Below are positions 1 to 9,257 of a DNA stretch of 64,000 nt, one piece after another (positions within the stretch are counted from its first letter, which is position 1; each line of letters starts with the position of its first letter). A program made the position numbers and the translations under genes. The stretch is from Eukaryota sp. TZLM1-RC (lineage: Eukaryota; Protista; Metamonada: BaSk clade): positions 434,001 through 498,000 of the forward strand of contig JAUPSS010000002.1 in assembly GCA_040285825.1 (NCBI GenBank), written 5' to 3'. The notes under the pieces were generated by a model. The model was not told where the DNA came from. It saw only the letters and a list, made by a program, of their open reading frames with translations, and made no database searches.

Positions 1-494
1 AGGGGACGAAAGACACGTAAAAGTCGAAAGATTGTTGGACGGCTGGAAAACCATGGTGAAAAGCTGATGATTGATAAAAGAACAATAATAAAGTCCATGC
101 ATGAAAAGGCATCACGTAACAGAGACTTTGGTGACGCATAGAGTCCGACAGCAATTGCTCGAATGATGATCTCAATGGTAAAAAATATAGTAAAGAGCAC
201 ATCCATCCACAACAAGGAGGATTCGTGTTCAATTGCTTGTTCATGGGAGAGAAAGAACAGTGGAGCTACAGAGAGCAATATGACCATTAACACGAACCAA
301 TCGAAGAATGGATGAAATACCAATTTCAGACAGGTGGTTCGAGTAGTCCCATTCATATCAAAAATTCCTAATGAGCGTTGAGGGAGCATTTGTCGGATAG
401 CATCCAAAGAAGTAGATTCTGCTCGTTTGAGCAGATCCTTCTGCTGCTGAGGAAGAACGGGTATGGGCTGAATAGGTTGGACGTCAGCCAACAT
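1..494 (-). CDS. Voltage-gated Ca/Na-type cation channel, 5' part (runs off window start)
   Basis: Manual translation from ATG at 494: MLADVQ...RSLGIFDMNGTTRTTCLKLVFHPFFDWFVLMVILLS...WMDVLFTIFFTIEIIIRAIAVGLY...LRDAFSCMDFIIVLLSII...STLRVFRP. These are S1-S4 Ion_trans motifs of Cav/Nav domain I. Not in the ORF track. Confidence 0.85.
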   Translation of the reverse strand, partial: MLADVQPIQPIPVLPQQQKDLLKRAESTSLDAIRQMLPQRSLGIFDMNGTTRTTCLKLVFHPFFDWFVLMVILLSVAPLFFLSHEQAIEHESSLLWMDVLFTIFFTIEIIIRAIAVGLYASPKSLLRDAFSCMDFIIVLLSIISFSPWFSSRPTIFRLLRVFRP

Positions 495-786
495 ATTCTA
501 TCAATATTGTACAAAGAATTTCACACAGTGTGAATATATTATTGAATTTGCACACTTAATTACATTAACTCAATACTAATGGGACGACTATCATTGAACC
601 GAGATTTCCTCTACAAAATCTTGATCTGCTTGCTGTCTAGCTAAAGCTTCTCTTATTCGATTGAAAAACTGCGGTGTGAATATTGAATAAATATCCCTAA
701 GAATTGTGTAAACTTCTCACCACCAAGGGTTAGTATACACTGAACACCTTGGAAATACGTTGATCAAAACAGCTACTGCTGTCTTC
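487..786 (-). ncRNA. Putative Fanzor omega-RNA scaffold (interrupted by retroelement plus one TSD copy, 538-683)
   Basis: Overlaps the Fanzor stop codon. Hairpins at 766-785 and 723-752. CAACGTATT (762-754) is complementary to AATATGTTG (497-489) with one G-U pair. Same architecture and length (154 nt once the insertion is removed) as 33491-33644. Confidence 0.6.
538..671 (-). mobile_element. 5'-truncated non-LTR retrotransposon 3' end (family B) with target-site duplication
   Basis: Matches the 3' ends at ~63740-63868 and ~22068-22198. Flanked by C(A/G)GTGTGAATAT at 526-537 and 672-683. Confidence 0.85.
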
Positions 787-2632
787 TTAGACGTCTCACA
801 CGCCTTGGCCTTCTGAATGGTTCTGGCCTAGTACCAGTGAAGTACTCACTAATTGCAATCTCCAGCTGGTTTCTGGAGGCTGAGATGTCCCTAGACCAGT
901 TGGTCTGATATCGAGGGCAATCGAACTTAGCGTTATTTACCCTTCCGTCATCATGATAGATCTTTCTATGAAAGACCTTACAGCAATTCACTTTTGCTGA
1001 GGTCATAAACTCGTCCCCCACTTTGACGCTTTCAAAGTGTTTTTTGATTTGGTTGAGAAATCTTTTTCGGGGGGGGGGTATTTCACAGATTGACGAGAGG
1101 GACCACCACCGCCATTGCCGAACCAAACTATAGTGTTTCTTCCTTCAGACAAGCGTTTAATTTTGTTAATAAAACTAGTTAGTCTCTTTTGTTTTCGTAT
1201 GAAGAAATCAAACTTATTTCTTCTCAGCTTTTTTCTTGCACCACGCTGCACATTTCCAGACATAATTGAAGCATATTCAGGCTCTTCCTCAGATTCAGGA
1301 ACATAAGGTAAACTTATTTCAATCAGATACTTTTGGAAGCTCTGAGCGGAATACGTGTTAGGAGTTGCTTGAGTGAGAGAAGGCTGGTGATTTAGTCTTC
1401 GTTCTTTTGGATTCAGTAGCAGTCCAGAACGTTCAAAAACAGGTGCAGAATTTCGGAAAGAACCAGTAGTCCAACCACAAAGATTGCTGTGGTTGGGATC
1501 AATGGCTACAAAAAACAAATTTTCATCAGGATCTCTGTAATTGGGCTGTTGTTCCACTGGTAACCGCGCTCTTCTCTGTGGATTTGCTCTTCTATGGACA
1601 TTAGATTTTCGTTTCCTTTCAGAGTTATGAAAATCATAATTTCCAGAGACTCGCCTGGGCTCAAATTCCGCTCTATTTGGCCTATTATAAGTTTTTCTTT
1701 CCTTCTGGGTAAACGTAAACCGCAAGGAATCACCATTCGAAAAAATGGTATAGTTAATAAATTTCGATTTATTAAAAAACCGATAAGGGTTGTTCAGAAG
1801 CTCTTTGTTTGCATTTAGTTTTGTGAAATAAGCTTCTGCTTCTTTAGTCAAGCTGCAGAAGCATGAAGACCAACTGGACAGTGGAAGGAGAGTGCCTTTT
1901 CATCACATCAGGGCAGTTATCTTCTAAAAAAGATAAAATGTGCAAGCCAGATTGAACGATTGTTGCAGCAGACTCCATATTGATGGGAAACCGTTCGTTT
2001 CTTATTGAATTTTCGATTAAATTTTCACCGCCACCAATATAGGCGTTGGCTGTCATATTGAGCCAATGGACCAAGATATGCTGGTGTATTTCTTGATACC
2101 ATTGTAAAATTGATTCATCTGGCTGAATCCCTTGAAGTACACAGTCGGCGTACTTCTTGGGCCCACAGCAATTTAGAAACTGAGCACAGCTTTTGAAAAA
2201 TTGCGTTTCCAGACGACAGGGCCGTCAGCAAGCAACTGACAAAAATCTTATGGCTCGACTGTCAAGAAGAGTGGAAAAACACCAAAATCTACCACCGTCG
2301 GCCGAGGTGGTTTCATTCAGCGGTCGCCAGGGCCAAAAGTGCTGAACAAGGTGTTGCAGCGCTTGGTAAACCAAAGGATGGTTTTCAAATGACCTCCTCT
2401 GTTTAGGCTCACTTTGGCAAACAAAGTCGAAACAGAGGCTCCAGAACTCGCTTTGAGTAAGCCACATAGATTGTTCTGGGTATTGGAGCACAAAGAGTCG
2501 TGCTAGGTGAGTAGCATGAGCTCCAATACTAGCAAGAACTTGGAACTGGCGTTCCATTGCTTCTTGTGCCTCTGAGTCGAAGAACTGGTTGACAGAAGCT
2601 CCCACAGTTGTAGTTTGTAGAACGTTATCCAT
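773..2632 (-). pseudogene. Fanzor1 (TnpB-like RNA-guided RuvC nuclease), near full length (~620 aa), 3 reading-frame lesions
   Basis: RuvC-I FFVAIDPN, IVWFGNG, RuvC-II DEFMTS, Zn finger (CC...CPRY), RuvC-III WSRDISASRN, C-terminal RPEPFRR; also the LLPLSSW motif. Lesions: in-frame TGA at 2225-2227, frameshift near 1900, and a G10 run at 1069-1078. Confidence 0.88.
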
Positions 2633-2934
2633 GGCAGTCAACACAGAACGTAAACAGTCAGAAATGATTGAAAATTTGTTTCCTTAAATTGAAATTTTTT
2701 TAAGTCAATCAATCTTATAGTTGTCAATTCAAAGTAAAGTTAGTTACAAGTGTTTATTAATGAGACATATCGTTCAAGATTACTTTCTGAATATTTTCCT
2801 TTCTTCAGACAAGAACTACATGTTACAAAAGTTGGTGAGTGAAGTTTGGTTGGGTTGTCATCATTCCCCAGATTCGTAATTGAATTTCATTTCATCACTT
2901 ACAACATTTCATCATTTACTCCACTACGAACCTT

Positions 2935-3122
2935 CTCCTACGAATCCTTGCTTGCAGCTACTACCACTCTTTATGTCGGAAATCTTTCTTTTTACACATC
3001 AGAGGAGCAGCTTCATGCTCTTTTCTCTCATACTGGTCGTATCAAACGTATCATTATGGGACACAACAAGAAATCACTCAAACCATGCGGTTTTTGCTTC
3101 GTTGAATACTATACCCGTGAGC
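2935..3122 (+). pseudogene. NCBP2: Fragment of nuclear cap-binding protein subunit 2 (CBP20) RRM
   Basis: [33 protein letters not shown]....[13 protein letters not shown]. Lacks both termini and ends at the repeat starting 3130. Confidence 0.8.
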
Positions 3123-3129
3123 TCCCGTG

Positions 3130-3397
3130 CTATTGAACTGAGCTCAAGATTGACCTATCAACTAGAGTGTCAATTCTCTTAGATAGAATACGTGGTGTAT
3201 TGTAACACACTCTTCAGCAATGAGATTGTTTAGATTTAATACAATATGCAAAGTACCTCGTGCTACATTCAAATCATGTGAACATCATGAAGTAGATATC
3301 ATAGAAAGACAGAGACTAAATACCTGTAGAAACCATTGCCAAAGTACCAAAGTAATTTCATTTTTGTTTACAATTATATTTTATTTTAAGTAATGAC
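3130..3397. repeat. ~270-bp dispersed repeat, copy 1
   Basis: Near-identical to 44288-44560 (a few substitutions, one 5-bp indel). Confidence 0.9.
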
Positions 3398-4155
3398 AAT
3401 TATCAACTGTTGATTTTTGAATTAATGTCACTACAACAATTCAGCAGAGATTACAGTGAGAAGATCAAACCTATGACACTCTTTAAAAATAACGAAAAAA
3501 TAAGCAGGAAAATATTGACAAAACGAATACTTTTGACTAGATCACAATATAGTGTTCCTTGTACTTTTAATTTTATTCCAAATCAATGTAATGTTCCTCT
3601 AATAGTCAGCGCTCACAAAGCTATCGAGTATGTTTGAAAGAATAATTGTGTCTCATTTGTGAGGAATTGATTAAATTAAACTGTTTGATTCATATATATT
3701 CGATATATGTCAATGGAAGTGAATGTATATGTGAATTTACATACTCATTCATATTTCATAGATATGGTTACTTCATATTTCAGTATGTACCATAGATGGT
3801 ACATACGGTTTCTTGTATCATGGGTTTGGTCTTCTTAATCTTCAAAATGTTAATTGAGGTCTTGAAGTCCCCTCAAACTTCCTTTTTGCATCAAATACTT
3901 CCTCATTACTTTTATGAATTTCCTTATTCCACCATTGCATCTATTTTCCTGTTTTTTTCTCTAGCTTATATTCCTTGGTTTAGGACTTTATTATGGTCTG
4001 ATGTACCAATTTGATCATTCTGAACACAAACAGAGCAACACTTAGATGTTCTTTACTTGTAGAATAAAAAACATGATAATTGGCTTTTGGACAACTTTTA
4101 ATTTAAATTCCTTCAACAGTATCATCTATCCTCTGGTTCTAAAATCAGTATAACT

Positions 4156-4389
4156 TCAATAAATAGATCCAATCACTACATTAGAAGGGATAACAGCTAC
4201 TGTTGAACAATTGACAGTGATATGACCGTGCTTATGGTGTCGATAACAGGTCTTGTTGGTAATATCATTGTCCTTGTCAGCTGTGCGAGTTCTAGTAGTA
4301 CACAAAAATTCCAGCCAGACTTTTGATCTATAATAACCAACAACTTCATCAGTAGCAACTTTTACAACCGTTTTTAAATCTAGTATCAA
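4156..4389 (-). pseudogene. Possible gag-type zinc-knuckle remnant
   Basis: TCYRHHKHGHITVNC resembles a degenerate CX2CX4HX4C. Confidence 0.35.
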
Positions 4390-4758
4390 CTGAGCATTAA
4401 TTTGAGATCACAAGTAATTTAGCGAGACCGTGTGGAGAAATTCTAATAGCAAAACATTTTACGAAGACAGCGTTAGGAATGGTGGGAAAGTTCGACTTTT
4501 CCTTCATGTTCAATAGGTTCTAAATTAATCACTCATTTTTTGTTAAAAGCTTGATAAGAGCGAAAGTTGTTTAGCAATTCTAGATAGGGTCATAAAGGGT
4601 TATAGAATAATAATTTATTTTTCAGCAACATTCATTTTATTTGATTATTCAATCAAATGGTGGATTTACTTGGCGCATTCGACAATTCATCAAATTAATC
4701 ACATTTCGAAAAAAAGAACATTTTTGGGGTGCAGCACTCTAGTTGAATTTGATGCATC

Positions 4759-6831
4759 ATGCATCAAACAACACTCACCCATTACTATAAAGCTGTTCAC
4801 AAGAAGACTCCTTCTGGTCTTACACCGTTAGCTAAGAGGAAAAGCCCACAAAAACCTGATGTTTCATCTCAACCCAAACATCAATCTCCCATCATACCTA
4901 TTTTACGTAATGTGCTGTGTTATGCTGAGTCCTGCTCTCATCTCTTTCCTTCATGTCTGTCAAGACTTTTGAGATCCACACTTTCCCTAGATATCTCTGA
5001 ATTCACTCTTCTGTACAGACTCTATTCCCGAACACACAACGAATATTCTATGAAGAGAATCTCTCCACCAATCACTGACAGTTGTGTTGTTGACTACCAG
5101 ACATCTATGGAAAAATTACTCAACTGTCAACTGCTTCATCTGAAGCTTGACCTCTCTATTAGCCAAAAACTTGCTTATCTGACTTGTAGTGAATTAAAAG
5201 GACTGTGTGGTTTGTTTAAAATTTCTAGTACTAAGTTGAGTAAAACTCAAATGATGTCACATCTATGTAATCATTCAAATCGTGAATCAATTACATCTTT
5301 CATTTCTTCAAAATCAACACCATCGTTTAGTTCTGCTTTAAACATGGAAGTCGATAAAATTCTTGGGAAAGTCGTCTCTATTCCCGGTCTTTTTTGCACT
5401 CTTGTTCGACAGTGTCTTTTAATGTACTTTTTAGATGAATCTTTTGAAATTGGTAGACTCGGTGAATTAAGTTTCATTGATTATTACCCTGAAGATCAGA
5501 ACTTTGGTTCAAAATGTGGGAGTTTTTGGTCTAGTAGGTCAGACTTTCAACAGTATTTTGATTTCAAGTTGACATCTTCACGGTTGAACTCGATTAGCAT
5601 GAATACTGAGCTTATCAATGTTATTGAACGTTATTTACAGTGTATTGATCAGAATTCTAAAAGATTTAACCAGCAAAGCACTGTAGATGTTACTGTAGTC
5701 TCGAAGTTTACAGCTTTCTATCAAAGTCTTTCAGGATTGTTGAAAATTTGTGACAAATTTGGTACAACTACAAATGTTCAATACAAGCAATTAACTGTAG
5801 AACTCTACAGTACGGTGTTTATGAATCGACGAAATTTTCGTCTGATCTGTACGTTTAAGAAATTGAGCAAACATATTATGAAATTCATTAAACTTCTTGA
5901 TCAACAGTCCAATTATTCAAAGGAAGAAACTATTAAATGGATCAGAAAAATAGTCAAATACTTTGGAAATGATCTTCCATCAAACTTGGCAGTTTCTCTC
6001 ATCAAGCATCTTAAACTATCAAAAGTCAGCTACTCAGAAGACTTGTTTCCATCAAAGTCTTTGGATTTCCTGCATTTTGAACCTCCAGTCTTTACGATTC
6101 TTGCTACCAAACCTTCTTTTGACAACGATGTGGGGGTAAAATCTTGTTATTTGGATAGTAGTGAACTCTGTACTGTCGAAGAGCTTGTGCTTAGGGTTTT
6201 CAATAGGGAATTTAATTTTAATGGGCTTCATTCAGAAAATTTTCTCTTTCCCTTTCTTTTTTTTACTCTTTTTTATGATGAGATTTTTGACCCAAGTGTG
6301 GAAAATTCCTTAGTTCATCAATATCTAATCAGCCCTTTAGATTTTCGTTCGCTTCTATTTCATCATAGAATTGGAATTAAGTCTAAATTGGTTGATTTAA
6401 GAAGTAAGACTGCACATCAGCTTTTGTCTATGTTTGATTGTAATTACGAAAAGTTATTGGGTAAATCTTTTGAGTATTCAAGTTGTAGAGCCAAATTTTC
6501 AGTTTTTGATCTTCAGTCGATAATCAATTGTGTAGATGGAGTCAAACTTTCACTAATTTTTGAATATCTAATCAAAAATCCTTTAGAAAATTTGAGTGGA
6601 ATGCCTGATCTGGTAGTGTTTCAATCATTAGACAAGCCTAACTTCTCTGGCAAAATTTGTTTTATTGAAGTTAAAAGCGAATTAGATCGACTATCGCCTC
6701 AGCAATTGTGTTGGCTTAAGGTACTACATGATGCTGGTTTGAATGTAGGGGTTGCCAAGATCAAAACTAAGGGTCAAAAAGTGGAGGCGTTTGAAGCCAA
6801 ATTTGAGGATATTGATAGCCTAGGTCTTTAA
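4759..6831 (+). CDS. FAN1: Fanconi-associated nuclease 1-like (VRR-NUC)
   Basis: SAP-like LTCSELKGLC, TVEELVL, GLHSEN, SGMPDLVV, FIEVKSELDRLSPQQLCWL. Confidence 0.85.
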   Translation: MHQTTLTHYYKAVHKKTPSGLTPLAKRKSPQKPDVSSQPKHQSPIIPILRNVLCYAESCSHLFPSCLSRLLRSTLSLDISEFTLLYRLYSRTHNEYSMKRISPPITDSCVVDYQTSMEKLLNCQLLHLKLDLSISQKLAYLTCSELKGLCGLFKISSTKLSKTQMMSHLCNHSNRESITSFISSKSTPSFSSALNMEVDKILGKVVSIPGLFCTLVRQCLLMYFLDESFEIGRLGELSFIDYYPEDQNFGSKCGSFWSSRSDFQQYFDFKLTSSRLNSISMNTELINVIERYLQCIDQNSKRFNQQSTVDVTVVSKFTAFYQSLSGLLKICDKFGTTTNVQYKQLTVELYSTVFMNRRNFRLICTFKKLSKHIMKFIKLLDQQSNYSKEETIKWIRKIVKYFGNDLPSNLAVSLIKHLKLSKVSYSEDLFPSKSLDFLHFEPPVFTILATKPSFDNDVGVKSCYLDSSELCTVEELVLRVFNREFNFNGLHSENFLFPFLFFTLFYDEIFDPSVENSLVHQYLISPLDFRSLLFHHRIGIKSKLVDLRSKTAHQLLSMFDCNYEKLLGKSFEYSSCRAKFSVFDLQSIINCVDGVKLSLIFEYLIKNPLENLSGMPDLVVFQSLDKPNFSGKICFIEVKSELDRLSPQQLCWLKVLHDAGLNVGVAKIKTKGQKVEAFEAKFEDIDSLGL

Positions 6832-7097
6832 TAGAGTTTTTTCCTTATCAACTACCTTATTTTAGGAAAATAATTATTTCTAAAAATGGAGCCTTATTTT
6901 CATAATTTTCTATTGGTAAATTATTCATTAATTTAATTAATTTTTTATATTTCATTTATTGACAAATAAACCTGTATTATTAAACCTTTATTAAACTACT
7001 TTATGATTACACTCAGACTATCAAGAAAACAAGATGGAGGTAACCTTATTGCACATTGGACTGGTTGCCAAGATTTCGTATTAGATTTCAGTAAATC

Positions 7098-7205
7098 TTT
7101 GTAACAATTCATCTGCTTCTTGTTTACTGAAATCGGACTTTAATTCTGTGAGAAATGTTGAAGAAGCCAAAGTTATAAGAATAAGAGTCAAAATAACGCC
7201 TTGCC
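7098..7205. repeat. ~105-bp dispersed repeat, copy 1 (degenerate coding remnant)
   Basis: Shares TACTGAAATCGGACTTTAAT...AAAGTTATAAGAATAAGAGTCAAA with 48070-48176. Confidence 0.75.
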
Positions 7206-8820
7206 TATCACCAATTATTATATATATTTTGAACCGTTGGCTATTTGTTTTTATGAAAGTTTTGAAAACAGATTTTTTGGATTTTTCAAACTTGTGCTCA
7301 TAATTGGGAAAAACTTGGTGAAATCGCCTTATATTTTGAGACTTTAACAGTATGATTACCTGAAAGCATAACATTTTGTTGTTATTTAGTTGTTGTTATC
7401 CCACGAAATTGATCAAGGTAGAATTGATTTCATCAGTGACTCCTTTTCTTATTTTGTTCAATATTAGTTTTTTGTTTGACTAATTTCTGTAACAATAGGA
7501 TACATTAATTAAATTAAGGATTATGAAATTAAAAACACAAATACATTTCATTATAAGTTTTTTAGTGTGCATACTTTTTGTGAAAGTGTAGATACGGATT
7601 AATAATTAATGTGTTAAACATAATTTAAAACGATGCTAGTTTTTGCTGCTGCTCTGTTACGCATCGATTCCTCTTTGATCCTTTTTATATTGTTTCAACT
7701 GCACGGATGTTGAAATTATATCCATCCAACCAAAGTTTTTGTACCAATACAAACACTTTACTTACGTTAAAGTAACGTGCAAAAACTTCTTGCGCTGTTG
7801 CAATTCCAAAACAACAAGCTCGGCTGAATATGTTTTTCACAACAAACAATGTAGTTTATCATCCTTATAGGAGTGTATTTTAATTCTGTACAAATCTATT
7901 TTGATGCATCTTCAAATATAGACTGAGAAAGAGCATTGTTGTGCTTTCTCCACCATAGTTCTGGGTATACACATCGTATGAATAGGACCAACACTTATAA
8001 TATAACAAGAGCTATTCAAAAGCGAATGGTTGATTAACTAGGCTTAACTTTTTGAAGTTAGCTGTTAGCCTTTTCAATGGTAAAACTATTTCCCGACACT
8101 GCAACAACTAGGTGATCAAAATAGAGTTACTTATTTTAATTTATTAATTTTTTGGATTTAACAATGTTTAATGAGATGAAGTTTCAGAAGTGGCTGTTGA
8201 CTTTTGGACAGAATATAAGCCTCATGTTCTTGCTCAGCGTTTACATTTGTGCTTTTTGGGATACAGTGATGCACTTCGATAAGGAGTGCGACGGGGACAA
8301 ACCTGGGGATTGTTGAAGTACAATTTATATACTTTGGATTGATACTCTTTTTTGAATAAGATTCAACTGCCAAAAAGAAGCGGAAATTTATCAACATTTA
8401 CGTTAATAAATACGGTCCATTATTGTTTAATTATTTATTAATTACTCCTCAATTCCAGAATTAGCGTCACAGTTTTGATTAGTCTTAGATGGTTTTATAA
8501 AAAAATAGACAGATGTAATACACTTTTTTAGGTATATTTAATGTTATCGTATGAACGAAAAAGAGTCTTTCTCCCAACATTATTTTTGTGAAGGTTGTAG
8601 GTTTTTAATAAAATTGATAATTAAAAAAAGTTTCTCTTTATTGGTATTTCAGTGTGAATAAAACTTATTAATACATAGTTTATTTGAGCATTGTTGTGAA
8701 GCTATCAAGATATGCCGACAAAGGAGAGGCGACGTTGTGTGCAACTCTCTGCTTAATAAATTCAATTAAATTTATTAAATTTATTATATTAAACAAAGTT
8801 ACAAAACATAACAAATCAAA

Positions 8821-9205
8821 CTAAAACACATAACAAACAAAATTCTCCACGCCAACTCTTGATGAATCCTTATACAGCTTGGACATCATTAAACTCAAGT
8901 ACTTGGGAACACTTCTGTACAAGGCGAAAATGATACGATTCTTCCATAAATTCCCTGCAAAATTCTTACCACTTGAACGACATAAATTACCAAAATCATT
9001 GATAAAATTCAAGGCGGACTGTCCAATGTTGCCAAAAATCGAAAAGGCTAAAGGAACAAACGAAAACTTCGAGTAAAGATTCTTATTTAAATCATTTAAT
9101 ATCTCAGTATATTTATCTCTTTTACGATCTTCAGCCCTGTTTAAATGACCAATAGCACTAAGTAAAACATCATCACGATAAATAAAAGCAAAGGGATCAA
9201 CTGTT
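8821..9205 (-). mobile_element. Non-LTR retrotransposon 3' fragment (RLE domain)
   Basis: Translation: VDPF...LNRAEDRKRDKY...FVPLAFSIFGNIGQSALNFINDF...LWKNRIIFALY. Homologous to 48434-48955. Confidence 0.8.
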
Positions 9206-9257
9206 AATTTATTAATATTATTTAAAACAGAAAATTGTGTTACATCACAACATCATT

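Noticed and set aside
1069-1078. Programmed frameshift or phase variation at the G10 run in Fanzor
   Set aside because: Two other independent lesions exist, so decay or a sequencing error is more parsimonious.
2225-2227. Stop-codon reassignment (TGA read-through)
   Set aside because: Host genes end in TAA (FAN1), TAG (DPE2) and TGA (PPAT) and have no internal stops.
2640-2930. TIR or left end for the first Fanzor
   Set aside because: No convincing inverted copy of the right-end motif and no TSD found.
7600-8000. Degenerate minus-strand coding remnant
   Set aside because: Could not be assigned to any family.
8158-8397. HNH endonuclease (IEVHHCIPK)
   Set aside because: Only a partial motif; the downstream N and H spacing is absent.
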